A stretch of 64,000 bases of DNA from an uncultured Candidatus Saccharibacteria bacterium. Its GTDB lineage: Bacteria; Patescibacteriota; Saccharimonadia; Saccharimonadales; Saccharimonadaceae. Under the pieces are notes generated by a model, which was not told where the DNA came from, did no database searches, and saw only the letters and a list, made by a program, of their open reading frames with translations. Within the stretch, counting starts at the first letter, position 1. Each line of letters opens with the position of its first letter. Location of the stretch: assembly GCA_964556125.1 (NCBI GenBank), contig CAZKUW010000002.1, positions 37,380-101,379 on the forward strand. The letters run 5' to 3'. The position numbers and the translations under genes were made by a program. This document shows positions 28,178-38,012 of the stretch, one piece after another.

Positions 28178-29533
28178 ATGAATGTAGTTAGTAGGGGCAT
28201 AAAGAATGCTCTGAGGAGTCCGATGAAGTCCGGCGCGATCATACTCATGTTTGCCATAAGTATTGCTCTGGTACTCAGCATGCTCGTGGCTCGTGGCAGT
28301 GTGACCGAAAAAATAAATGAAGTGAAGTCGAGCGCTGGCACGACCGTGACTATCCAGCCTGCTGGAGTCATGGGATTTCAGGGTGGCGGCGATCCGCTTA
28401 CGACTGACCAGCTGACGACAATATCGTCAACCGCTCATGTGAGCTCTGTGACCTCGACGCTGTCGGATCAGCTTGGGACAGATGATACAAACCTAACGTC
28501 ATCATTGACGCTGGGAAGCTTTGGTCAACGACAAATGCGTTTCGAGTCATCGGACACTAGTTCATCAACCACAACAACGGGTGCCGAGCCGGCTCTAAGC
28601 GATCGACCCGCTCCAACACCACGCATTACAGTCACGGGGACCACCGATCCCAATTCTGTATCAACTGATGGGAATAGTCTCAACATCACCACCGGGAAAA
28701 CGATTGATGCCTCGTCATCAGACAATGTCGCACTGGTCGGTACTGACCTTGCAACAAAGAATAACCTCGAAGTAGGCGATACTTTTACCGCATACGGTAC
28801 GACTATCACTGTCGTTGGAATCTATAAAACAAGTAACACCTTCCAAGATAGCGGTGTTATTATGCCACTCAAAACCGTCCAAACACTGACTGACCAAGCA
28901 GGTGCTGTCACCAGTGTCAAAGCGACTGTCGATAGTAGCGATAATGTCAGCTCAACTGTCAGTGCATTGAAAACTGCTCTTGGGGATAAAGCTGATATCA
29001 CGAGTGAAATTGAGCGTGCTAATGAAAGCGTTGCGTCACTGGAAAGCATTTCTAGCTTGGCACTCGCAGGGGTAATCGGTGCAGCAATTGCTGGAGGAAT
29101 TATCATTTTGCTCGCGATGATTATGGTTGTGAGAGAGCGACGCCGTGAGATTGGTGTCATCAAAGCAATCGGCGGCACAAATGCAAAGGTAGTAGGACAA
29201 TTCATTACTGAAGGCCTGACTATCACCGTTATTGGAGCAGTCGTCGGACTATTCCTGGGGGTTCTCGTTAGTGGACCAATGACCACATCACTCGTCAGTA
29301 GCAGCCAAAATACAAATACCTCAACGCAACGTGGACCTGGTGGTCCGGGTGCAGCGATCCAAGGTGGATTTAATCAAATTGGTCAGAATGCTGATCAAAT
29401 TACTGCAAACCTCACACCACAGATTTTTGCCTCAGCAGTCGGTATCACGCTCTTGATTGCGATCTTAGGAAGTGCCATCCCCGCATGGTTTACCGCCCGA
29501 GTTCGTCCAGCAGAAGTATTAAGGACAGAATAG
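28178..29533 (+). CDS. ABC transporter permease, FtsX/MacB-type with a large Thr/Ser-rich ectodomain
   Basis: An N-terminal TM helix, an extracytoplasmic region of about 250 aa, then three C-terminal TM helices with RRREIGVIKAIGGT. Confidence 0.8.
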   Translation: MNVVSRGIKNALRSPMKSGAIILMFAISIALVLSMLVARGSVTEKINEVKSSAGTTVTIQPAGVMGFQGGGDPLTTDQLTTISSTAHVSSVTSTLSDQLGTDDTNLTSSLTLGSFGQRQMRFESSDTSSSTTTTGAEPALSDRPAPTPRITVTGTTDPNSVSTDGNSLNITTGKTIDASSSDNVALVGTDLATKNNLEVGDTFTAYGTTITVVGIYKTSNTFQDSGVIMPLKTVQTLTDQAGAVTSVKATVDSSDNVSSTVSALKTALGDKADITSEIERANESVASLESISSLALAGVIGAAIAGGIIILLAMIMVVRERRREIGVIKAIGGTNAKVVGQFITEGLTITVIGAVVGLFLGVLVSGPMTTSLVSSSQNTNTSTQRGPGGPGAAIQGGFNQIGQNADQITANLTPQIFASAVGITLLIAILGSAIPAWFTARVRPAEVLRTE

Positions 29534-29541
29534 GAGAATAT

Positions 29542-30213
29542 ATGTTAACCGTAGAACAAGTATCAAAATCATTTCAAACACCAGGCGGGCAAGTAAAAGC
29601 CCTGCAAGATATCAACTTGAAAGTAAAGACAGGCGAATTCGTCAGCATTATCGGCAAAAGCGGTAGCGGGAAGAGCACACTGCTTAGTATTCTCGGTGCG
29701 CTCGATAACCCAACCAGCGGTACCATCACTGTCGACGATACCTCAATTACGAAACTCAGCGGTTCTCAACAAACGAAATACCGCGCCAGTAAGATCGGCT
29801 TTGTCTTTCAGCAGTACAACCTGATTCCGAACTTAACAGCTCTCGAAAATGTCATGCTCGCCCTCGAATTTGGTGGCTATCCAGCCAGCAGCAGGCGTGA
29901 CCGAGCAATCCAACTCCTTGAGTCTGTTGGGATTGAAAGTGATCAACAATTGCGACGACCGTCACGATTGAGTGGTGGTCAACAGCAACGCGTCAGTATT
30001 GCTAGAGCACTGGCAAACAAACCATCCTTTATCCTCGCGGATGAACCAACAGGAAATCTTGACAGCGCAACCGGTAAAAAGATATTTGATCTCTTACACG
30101 ACCTATCACGAAGCGAGAAGACCACCATCATTGTTGTCACCCATGATCTTGAGATCGCGGGCAAGACTGACCGAACTTTCACCTTATCGGATGGCAAAAT
30201 TACAACAAAATAA
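29542..30213 (+). CDS. ABC transporter ATP-binding protein
   Basis: AGGAGA RBS followed by ATG 29542. GKSGSGKST, LSGGQQQRVSIARAL and ILADEPTGNLD. Confidence 0.92.
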   Translation: MLTVEQVSKSFQTPGGQVKALQDINLKVKTGEFVSIIGKSGSGKSTLLSILGALDNPTSGTITVDDTSITKLSGSQQTKYRASKIGFVFQQYNLIPNLTALENVMLALEFGGYPASSRRDRAIQLLESVGIESDQQLRRPSRLSGGQQQRVSIARALANKPSFILADEPTGNLDSATGKKIFDLLHDLSRSEKTTIIVVTHDLEIAGKTDRTFTLSDGKITTK

Positions 30214-30324
30214 TGTGTGTTTTTAAGAATTAACTCAGCTAAGTGAGCGATACTCATAACCAGTAGCAGTAACAAAAAGCTACACACAAACAAAGTGCTA
30301 ATGCACAAGGAGGGAGTGAACACT

Positions 30325-30807
30325 ATGAACACCACCATCACCACTGAACATAAAACAATTCTACTCAGTAAAAAGGGTATGAAAGAATTGCGTAAAGCAA
30401 TTACACAACTCGAGCATGACCGACAGTCAGTCATTCGCGGTCTGCACGACATCGACAAGAGTACTGGTCATGATGACCGCCTTGAACGCATCGAACGCCT
30501 AGCGCGGCTTGAAGCAATCGAGTCTGAACTCGCCGAAAAACACCAGACGTTGAACGATGCGAAACTACTTCCATCACGACGTGCACGCATGAAAGTAGCG
30601 ATTGGCTCAATTGTTGATCTCATCGATCAAGAAGGACGTCTCGTTCGTTACACACTCGTTGATACCATCGAGGCTAACCCTAGCGACGGACGCATATCCG
30701 TCCTAAGTCCACTAGGGAGTAACCTCGTCGGCAAGACAGTGAAGGATATCGTGCAATGGGGCTCAGATCTCCAAGGGAAAAAACTTCAACTTGTCCGTAT
30801 CAGTTAA
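30325..30807 (+). CDS. greA: GreA/GreB-family transcription elongation factor
   Basis: GGAGGGA RBS. An N-terminal coiled coil, then the C-terminal VAIGSIVDLID.EG....YTLVD..EANPSDGRISVLSPLGSNLVGK. Confidence 0.65.
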   Translation: MNTTITTEHKTILLSKKGMKELRKAITQLEHDRQSVIRGLHDIDKSTGHDDRLERIERLARLEAIESELAEKHQTLNDAKLLPSRRARMKVAIGSIVDLIDQEGRLVRYTLVDTIEANPSDGRISVLSPLGSNLVGKTVKDIVQWGSDLQGKKLQLVRIS

Positions 30808-30825
30808 GCGTTTCGGTCAGTGACA

Positions 30826-30856
30826 AATAGCCTCCGTTCTTGGAGGCTATTTTGTT
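30826..30856 (+). terminator. intrinsic terminator after greA
   Basis: ATAGCCTCC-gttctt-GGAGGCTAT followed by TTTGTT. Confidence 0.8.
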
Positions 30857-30868
30857 ACAATAAAGGTA

Positions 30869-33394
30869 ATGCTTTTTTATCATCAATCCGTCGACGATAC
30901 CTACGCCGAGTTTCGCAGCGGTCCTGATGGTATCTCGCGTCGTGAAGCCGAAAATAGATTACATGTCTATGGGCCCAACGCCATCAAGATAAAAGGCGAC
31001 CCTCTGTGGCGAGCCCTCCTTGAACCTTTCCGTAATGTCTTTATGTTGGTACTATTTGCCGCAGCAATCATTAGCTTCTTTCATCATGCGCCTTTCGATG
31101 GCATTATTATCATCTCAATCATGATGATCAGCGCTTTGATTTACTACGTTCAGCGCTTTTCAACAGAAAGGGTCCTCAGATCACTCCAAAAACGCTCGAG
31201 CCAGCAAGTCGAAGTGACTCGTGGTGGAGAGAAGTTGACCGTAGATGCCAGCGAACTCGTTCCGGGAGATATCGTCTCACTGACAGAAGGTGATAAAATC
31301 CCAGCCGACATACGGCTCGTATCAGCAGATTCTGTCAAAGTTGACGAGGCGATGCTGACGGGTGAATCGGAAGCTATGAGCAAATCGCCAGAGACACTAC
31401 CCGATAAAAAAGAGGTCTACGAACAAACAAATATGCTGTTTCAGGGCTCTTTTATTATCTCCGGTAACGCAACTGGTATCGTGGTCTTCACCGGTAACCG
31501 AACCGAGTTTGGGCGTATCGCTGAGCTCAGCAAAAAAACGAGTGATGATTCAGTAAGTCCGGTTCAAAAGAAGATCGACAGGCTACTTGTCTATATCGTG
31601 ATCGTCGTCGCTAGTCTTGCGGTGGTGGCATTTGTGTTGGCGCTCCTTCGAGGTATTGAGTTCACTGAAGCGATCCGCTTCGTTCTTGCAATGACCGTTT
31701 CAGCAGTACCCGAAGGTCTCCCTGTCGCCATTTCCGTTATTCTCGTTCTCGGGATGCGTCGAATGACGAAAAAGAAGGCACTAGTGCGCTCAATGCAAGC
31801 AATTGAAACCATCGGTGTCATTACGACCATTGCCACTGATAAAACTGGTACGTTGACCGAGAACAAACTCTCTGTCCAAGAAATATGGCAACCAGATCAC
31901 AACAAACATCCTCTCCACACGATCGCGTACCGAACCATTACCCATCAGGATCATAAGGGAGGTGACCCTCTTGATAGTGCGATGGATCAATACGTCAGCG
32001 TAAAAAGAGACGTTGATACAAAAGGTGAGTCGATCTCATCCTTGCCATTCAATCAAGCGCTCGCTATGAGTGGTAATGTTTGGCAGATAGGGGCCGGGTA
32101 TGAGCTTGCCGTTAAAGGTGCTCCCGAACAAATTCTAGGCAGGAGCCATCTTTCAAAGACCGCTCTCGATGAGGCTGAGACAGCGCTCACACACCTCACC
32201 TCACAGGGCTACCGCGTCATCGCGCTCGCAACAAAGAAAATCGATAAGCCAATCTATTCATTTCAAGAAATGAATCCCGCTCAACAACTTGAGTTCGTCG
32301 GCTTTTTAGCTATCGCTGACACCATTCGAAGAAGTAGCCGAAATGCCATCCATGTTGCACAGCAGGCGGGCGTCACTGTCCGTATGATTACTGGTGATCA
32401 TTTCGAAACCGCTTTCCATATCGCGAAAAAGCTAGGACTTGCCAAAAACCGTGACCAGGTCTTTGATAGTCGTTTGATGGATGAATTGTCTGAACAAGAA
32501 TTGGCAGATCGCATCAACAGTGCCCGTGTCTTCTCTCGAGTCACCCCAGAAAATAAATTCCGTATCTTAAAAGCACTGAAACAGAAAGAAATCACCGCTA
32601 TGACCGGTGACGGAGTGAATGATGTCCCGGCGCTTGCAAATGCCCATGTTGGTATTGCTATGGGGAGTGGCTCACAGATCGCAAAAGATGCAGGTGCCAT
32701 TATCCTTCTAAACGATAACTTCGATAGTATTGTCAGCGCGATGAAAGAGGGAAGAATTGTCTTTTCAAATGTCCGGAGAATGCTCTTTTATCTCCTCTCG
32801 TCTAATACCGCTGAAGCACTTATCATGGTTGTCGCGCTTATCATCGGTCTTCCGCTCCCACTGCTTCCTGTACAGATTCTCTGGGTCAACCTTGTCAGTG
32901 AAACAGCCGTTGTTATCCCACTGGGTCTCGAGCCAGGTGAGAAACGTATTATGCGACATAAACCTGTATCACCAACTGCCCCACTTCTCAGTAAGTACAT
33001 GATAAGTCGTATCTTCTTAGTCGCCGCAACGATGACTGCTGTCACATTGATGATGTATGCGCATTATAACGCCCTCTACGGCGTCCCTTACGGCCAGACC
33101 ATCGTCTTTACCTCAATCGTTGTCATGGTATGGGCAAACGCCTTTAACGCCCGTAGTACGTTTGAATCTGCCTTCAAACGGCTTAGAGTATGGAACGGTG
33201 CCTTCTTTATCGGGCTCTCCGTCTCGATCGGTCTCCAGGTCCTTGCCGTTCTGGGTCCACTCCAGGGTGTACTCCACGTCCATCCGATAGCTCTCGGGGA
33301 CCTCGTTATCACGAGCGTTATCGCGTTCGCCTCAATCATCTTCGTTGTCGAAGTCCACAAGTTCTTCGGTCGTCGATTCCTTAAGAATTCTTAA
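30869..33394 (+). CDS. cation-transporting P-type ATPase (P2-type, Ca2+/Mg2+-like)
   Basis: 841 aa. TGES, PEGLPVAISV, DKTGTLT and TGDGVNDVPAL. Confidence 0.9.
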   Translation: MLFYHQSVDDTYAEFRSGPDGISRREAENRLHVYGPNAIKIKGDPLWRALLEPFRNVFMLVLFAAAIISFFHHAPFDGIIIISIMMISALIYYVQRFSTERVLRSLQKRSSQQVEVTRGGEKLTVDASELVPGDIVSLTEGDKIPADIRLVSADSVKVDEAMLTGESEAMSKSPETLPDKKEVYEQTNMLFQGSFIISGNATGIVVFTGNRTEFGRIAELSKKTSDDSVSPVQKKIDRLLVYIVIVVASLAVVAFVLALLRGIEFTEAIRFVLAMTVSAVPEGLPVAISVILVLGMRRMTKKKALVRSMQAIETIGVITTIATDKTGTLTENKLSVQEIWQPDHNKHPLHTIAYRTITHQDHKGGDPLDSAMDQYVSVKRDVDTKGESISSLPFNQALAMSGNVWQIGAGYELAVKGAPEQILGRSHLSKTALDEAETALTHLTSQGYRVIALATKKIDKPIYSFQEMNPAQQLEFVGFLAIADTIRRSSRNAIHVAQQAGVTVRMITGDHFETAFHIAKKLGLAKNRDQVFDSRLMDELSEQELADRINSARVFSRVTPENKFRILKALKQKEITAMTGDGVNDVPALANAHVGIAMGSGSQIAKDAGAIILLNDNFDSIVSAMKEGRIVFSNVRRMLFYLLSSNTAEALIMVVALIIGLPLPLLPVQILWVNLVSETAVVIPLGLEPGEKRIMRHKPVSPTAPLLSKYMISRIFLVAATMTAVTLMMYAHYNALYGVPYGQTIVFTSIVVMVWANAFNARSTFESAFKRLRVWNGAFFIGLSVSIGLQVLAVLGPLQGVLHVHPIALGDLVITSVIAFASIIFVVEVHKFFGRRFLKNS

Positions 33395-33404
33395 ATAAAA
33401 GAAA

Positions 33405-33428
33405 TACCCAGGCTCGCAGTCCTGGGCA
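33405..33428. terminator. hairpin between the convergent ATPase gene and a small ORF
   Basis: CCCAGG-ctcgcagt-CCTGGG with A-rich sequence upstream. Weak T-run. Confidence 0.45.
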
Positions 33429-33451
33429 TTAACGATTCACAAGTACTCTCC

Positions 33452-33718
33452 TTAGGACATAATGTTCAATAGAGTCCAGTTTCCTCCATGGTTGTCGCTG
33501 CGAAGACGGTAAAGAGATTGGCCATCAGATAGGGTAATAATCTCAGCCATTTGCTCGCCTGAGCGGACGATACAGCGAAGTCCGGCGTCGATAAATTCGT
33601 AGATTGATCCACGGAACTCCATACGACGTGGGTACGCAGACAAGTCCTTTTTGAAACCCATTTTTGTGACGGCGATTTCTTCATTGATAGTGATACGATT
33701 CATTGTTTTGTTCTCCAA
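33452..33718 (-). CDS. hypothetical small protein (83-88 aa)
   Basis: ORF with a GGAGA RBS before the MNRITINEE start. No family recognised. Confidence 0.5.
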   Translation of the reverse strand: MENKTMNRITINEEIAVTKMGFKKDLSAYPRRMEFRGSIYEFIDAGLRCIVRSGEQMAEIITLSDGQSLYRLRSDNHGGNWTLLNIMS

Positions 33719-34009
33719 AGTAGATTTATTGTGTAGTAACGCAAAATAGCTGACAACAAGATTCTGGTCAGCAGCGGCTTTTAATGGAGGAGAGATTTAG
33801 AGAGGGGAGAGAGACCGCTTCGACTCGTCTGCCTTTTTACTAAACATCACGTAGAATTGTATCGATTGCTAGGGGCGCCTTCCTGTTAACCGGGGTGTGC
33901 ATAGCATCGTTTGGTGGCTTCTTTAAGCCTATAAGTGAAAATCCTCGCAGAAGTACTTATATGACTGTTCCTAGTATACTCCCGTTGACCGGCCTGATAC
34001 AATAGATTT

Positions 34010-35089
34010 ATGGCCGAACCGGTGATAAATATTAACACTTCTGTACTGACACAAGAGCAAGCAAAATCGCTCGTTAATGTGTACTCAAAAAGACTTTTTG
34101 AATGGCGCACATCGCAAGCGTCGTCTGTTCATAGTAACTATGAACGGCTTTGGACTACCATTTCAACATTGTTTCATTCTGGAGGCAAACGCCTTCGTCC
34201 ATTTATGACCTTATTGACCTACCAAGCCTATTCAAACAAACCCGTCACAAATATTCTCCCTGCTGCAGTTGCCCAAGAGTTACTCCATCAGGCAATGCTC
34301 ATCCATGACGATATTATCGACCGTGACACGACTCGCTATCATGTCAAAAATGTTTCTGGCCAATATCGAGATATTTACGCGGGTACACCCGAGGCAACTC
34401 ATTTTGCCGATAGTAGCGCCCTCCTTGCTGGTGACCTACTCCTCTCTGAAGCCCACGTCCAGGTAGCTCTCGTAGATGTCAGCCCTGAAATCCTCACAAA
34501 AGCCCAAGACATCCTCAATCAAGAGGTCTTTCATGTTGTTGGTGGTGAATTACTTGATACCGAAGCGAGTTTCACAAATGACTCGACGATTGACCCGTTA
34601 ACTATTGCTGAACAAAAAACAGCGAGCTATTCATTCGTGGGTCCGCTCACAATGGGAGCGACACTCGCTGGCGCTAGCGAAGAGCAAATCGGACTGCTCA
34701 AACACTTTGGAACCTCTGTCGGAATCGCTTTTCAGCTTCGAGATGATATTCTCGGTATCTTTGGCAGCCAAGACGTGACAGGTAAGAGTACTGAAGGTGA
34801 TATCCGAGAAGGAAAACGGACACTTCTTATCGACGAGTTTTATAAGCGAGCCTCTGCTGAACAAAAGGCACAATTCGATGCAATTTTTGGCTCAAAAGAT
34901 GCGACCAACGAAGATATTCAGACACTACGAGATCTGTTAACCCACAGCGGTGCCCGCTCTGCAATTGAAACCTATATCGAATCGTATAAACAACAAACCA
35001 CTGACCATTTAGCCGAGCTCGACATCACAGATGATTACCGTCAACAATTTGTCAGTTTGATCGAAAAAAGCTTGGACCGGGAAAGTTAA
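34010..35089 (+). CDS. crtE: polyprenyl (geranylgeranyl) diphosphate synthase
   Basis: First Asp-rich motif LIHDDIIDRD and second FQLRDDILG. First gene of the carotenoid operon. Confidence 0.85.
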   Translation: MAEPVININTSVLTQEQAKSLVNVYSKRLFEWRTSQASSVHSNYERLWTTISTLFHSGGKRLRPFMTLLTYQAYSNKPVTNILPAAVAQELLHQAMLIHDDIIDRDTTRYHVKNVSGQYRDIYAGTPEATHFADSSALLAGDLLLSEAHVQVALVDVSPEILTKAQDILNQEVFHVVGGELLDTEASFTNDSTIDPLTIAEQKTASYSFVGPLTMGATLAGASEEQIGLLKHFGTSVGIAFQLRDDILGIFGSQDVTGKSTEGDIREGKRTLLIDEFYKRASAEQKAQFDAIFGSKDATNEDIQTLRDLLTHSGARSAIETYIESYKQQTTDHLAELDITDDYRQQFVSLIEKSLDRES

Positions 35090-35913
35090 TGGATCTTTAC
35101 GAACGAACATCCTATCATCTCAGTAAAGAGCTTACCAATAGCTACTCAACCTCTTTTAGCTTGAGCATGCGCTTATTTAGTCCTAACATTCGTGAACACG
35201 TCTATGCTGTGTACGGCATGGTTCGTATCGCCGACGAGATCGTCGACAGCTACGCCGGAAAAGATCAACGACTGCTTCTCGATGAGCTCGAAAAGGAAGT
35301 CAAAGCTGCGGTAAAAAGAGGCTACAGTACTAATCCTATTGTTCACTCGTATGCACTGACCGCTCATCGCTACAATATCCCCAATACGCTCGTGACTGCG
35401 TTCTTTAAGAGTATGCGCATGGACCTCCATAAAGTGACGTTTGACACCGCTCTGTACGAGACCTACATCTATGGCTCGGCAGAAGCCGTTGGTTTAATGT
35501 GCTTAAAGATATTCACCGATGATGAAGCGCTATACCTTAAGCTCGAAAAGGGTGCTCGTCATCTCGGAGCAGCGTACCAAAAAGTAAACTTTCTTCGTGA
35601 TATAAAAGCTGACCACGAAGCGCTCGATCGTTGGTATTTCCCGTACGCTTCTTTCGAAAGTTTCGATGATAAGATCAAAGCAAGAATCATTAAAGATATT
35701 GAAAAGGATTTTGTCATCGCGCAAAAAGGTGCCGACGGCCTTCCCGAAAACTCTCGCCGTGCCGTCCAGCTCAGTATTTCTTATTACCAGACACTCCTTA
35801 ATAAGATAAAGTCTGTCCCGGCATCGAAGCTCAAAACTCATCGCCTCCGACTCAATAATCTCCACAAGCTCGGGCTTTTTGTGAAGGTAAGGACCATGCG
35901 CAGTGAATCGTAA
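35089..35913 (+). CDS. crtB: phytoene synthase
   Basis: Squalene/phytoene synthase family: YAVYGMVRIADEIVD, YIYGSAEAVGLM and AYQKVNFLRDIKAD. The start overlaps the crtE stop (TAATG). Confidence 0.85.
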   Translation: MDLYERTSYHLSKELTNSYSTSFSLSMRLFSPNIREHVYAVYGMVRIADEIVDSYAGKDQRLLLDELEKEVKAAVKRGYSTNPIVHSYALTAHRYNIPNTLVTAFFKSMRMDLHKVTFDTALYETYIYGSAEAVGLMCLKIFTDDEALYLKLEKGARHLGAAYQKVNFLRDIKADHEALDRWYFPYASFESFDDKIKARIIKDIEKDFVIAQKGADGLPENSRRAVQLSISYYQTLLNKIKSVPASKLKTHRLRLNNLHKLGLFVKVRTMRSES

Positions 35914-37420
35914 GGTTATTATCATTGGCGGAGGCATCGGTGGCCTGGCGACAGCGAATCTTTTGCAAAAAGCAGGCTATAGCGTTTCCCTTTATGAACA
36001 AAATGACCAACTCGGAGGACGAGCAGGTCTAAAAGTCACTCAGGGTTTTAGCTTTGACACTGGACCGTCATGGTACTTAATGCCGGGCGTCTTTCGCCAT
36101 TACTTTGATCTCTTTGGTATCAATGTCGATAAAGAACTGGCATTAAAGAAGCTCAAGCCTGCCTATAAGGTGTTTTACGAGTCGCATGGACCGATTACTA
36201 TTACAGGAAACCTAAAAACCGATACTGTAACATTCGAAAGGATCGAAGCCGGCGCTGGTGAGGCATTAGATCGATACGTCGAGCAGGGAAATGACATCTA
36301 CCAATTCGCTCTCAAACACTTCTTGTATACAAACTTCGATCTTCGTGACTTTATGAAGACCGATATCATCAAGAAAACTTTTCCGCTGTCGAAGCTCCTC
36401 GTTACTTCGATTCACAACAGAGTAAAATCATTCGTGAAGCACCAAACGCTGCAACAGATCTTAGAGTATCCAATGGTATTTCTTGGTACCTCACCATTCA
36501 AAGCCCCAGCTCTCTATAGCCTGATGAGCGCACTCGATTTTAAAGAAGGGGTGTACTATCCAAAAGATGGTATTTACTCTATCATCACCCTCCTTGAGAA
36601 GACTGGCCGTGACCTTGGCGTGTCATACCGTCTCAAATCTGGCGTAAAGAAAATCACTCATAAGAACGGACGGGCGACAGGGATCGAACTCCTCAACGGT
36701 AAACAGATTGAGGCAGATATCGTGATTTCGAATGCAGACCTTCACTTTACAGAAACGAAGCTACTTTCGCCATCGGTACGCTCCTACCCAGAAGAGTACT
36801 GGAAAGACAAAGAACCTGGCATTTCTGCTCTCCTCGTCTACCTTGGTGTGAAAGGTTCGTTGCCACAACTCGAACATCACAATCTCTTTTTCGTCGATAA
36901 ATGGAAAGAGAACTTTAAGAAGATTTATGAATCAAGAGAGATTCCAGAGTCAGCCTCACTCTACATCTGCAATCCATCGAAGTCTGACCCGAACGTCGCT
37001 CCAAAAAATAATGAAAATCTCTTTATGTTAGTGCCACTTCCTGCCGGTGTTTCATTGAACAAAGCGAAACTTGCACAACTAACCGAAAAATTCATCGATC
37101 AATTTGCAGAGTCTATTGGTGAGAAAGATTTAAAGAATCGTATCGTTTATCAAGAAAGTTTTGGACCGAATGATTTCGAAACGAAATTTGGTGCTTGGCA
37201 GGGGACAGCGCTAGGAGCATCACATATCTTAAAACAAAGTGCATTTTGGCGGACACCAAATAAAAGTAAAAAACTTGATAATCTCTTTTACGTCGGCGGC
37301 AATACTGTCCCAGGTGTTGGGCTTCCGATGTGTTTAATCGGTGCTGAGCTTGTCTACAAAAGAATTGCTGACATTAAAGTAAGTGGTCCCATCACCAAGA
37401 TTGAAGGAATGCAGCAATAA
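35903..37420 (+). CDS. crtI: phytoene desaturase
   Basis: GTG start. FAD fold VIIIGGGIGGLATANLL, and the C-terminal LFYVGGNTVPGVGLPM typical of CrtI. Confidence 0.88.
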   Translation: MNRKVIIIGGGIGGLATANLLQKAGYSVSLYEQNDQLGGRAGLKVTQGFSFDTGPSWYLMPGVFRHYFDLFGINVDKELALKKLKPAYKVFYESHGPITITGNLKTDTVTFERIEAGAGEALDRYVEQGNDIYQFALKHFLYTNFDLRDFMKTDIIKKTFPLSKLLVTSIHNRVKSFVKHQTLQQILEYPMVFLGTSPFKAPALYSLMSALDFKEGVYYPKDGIYSIITLLEKTGRDLGVSYRLKSGVKKITHKNGRATGIELLNGKQIEADIVISNADLHFTETKLLSPSVRSYPEEYWKDKEPGISALLVYLGVKGSLPQLEHHNLFFVDKWKENFKKIYESREIPESASLYICNPSKSDPNVAPKNNENLFMLVPLPAGVSLNKAKLAQLTEKFIDQFAESIGEKDLKNRIVYQESFGPNDFETKFGAWQGTALGASHILKQSAFWRTPNKSKKLDNLFYVGGNTVPGVGLPMCLIGAELVYKRIADIKVSGPITKIEGMQQ

Positions 37421-37725
37421 TGCCTTGGTATTTGATCGGTCTCATTGTCGCCATCAGTTGTCTCGCGCTGATTGACTACCGTTTCAAGCTCGCATTTTTC
37501 TTTGACAAAAAACGCACCATCGCCACCCTTGGCACGGCTATCGCATTATTCATCGTATGGGATGTTCTCGGTATTTGGTTGGGCATTTTCTTTCACGGGG
37601 GCTCAACGCTCACTCTTCCGTTTCGGATTATTCCGGAATTTCCGATCGAAGAGTTATTCTTCCTTTTGCTTTTGACCTATACGACCTTGATAGCATTTCG
37701 TTTTCTTGAAAAGAGGAAGTCATGA
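37420..37725 (+). CDS. lycopene cyclase domain protein, small subunit 1 (CrtYc/CrtYe-like)
   Basis: 101 aa with three TM helices and PIEELFFLLL (the cyclase PxE(E/D) motif). The start overlaps the crtI stop. Confidence 0.7.
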   Translation: MPWYLIGLIVAISCLALIDYRFKLAFFFDKKRTIATLGTAIALFIVWDVLGIWLGIFFHGGSTLTLPFRIIPEFPIEELFFLLLLTYTTLIAFRFLEKRKS

Positions 37726-38012
37726 CGTATATTATCCTCAACCTCCTTTTCCTGGCGACGCTGATATTCTTCTTACCCAATAGCTTTAAAAAACCGACCA
37801 AAAAATGGTGGTTACTCCTGGCGATTGTCATCGGCATGACGGCAATTTTTGATCCGATCATCATCGCGCTCGATATCGTCGACTATAACCCTCAACACAT
37901 CCTCGGAATTTACTGGTTCGGAGCACCGATTGAAGATTTCTTCTACGCTTTCTATGCGGTATTATTAATTCCATTAGTCTGGAACAAATTAGGAGCCTCC
38001 CGTGTTAAATAA
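37722..38012 (+). CDS. lycopene cyclase domain protein, small subunit 2 (CrtYd/CrtYf-like)
   Basis: 96 aa, membrane protein, with PIEDFFYAF. ATGA overlap with the previous gene. Confidence 0.7.
   Translation: MTYIILNLLFLATLIFFLPNSFKKPTKKWWLLLAIVIGMTAIFDPIIIALDIVDYNPQHILGIYWFGAPIEDFFYAFYAVLLIPLVWNKLGASRVK

Noticed and set aside
33886-34110. 74-aa minus-strand ORF overlapping the crtE start
   Set aside because: It overlaps the well-supported crtE N-terminus antisense. It has no RBS, an odd composition, and probably lies in non-coding spacer.
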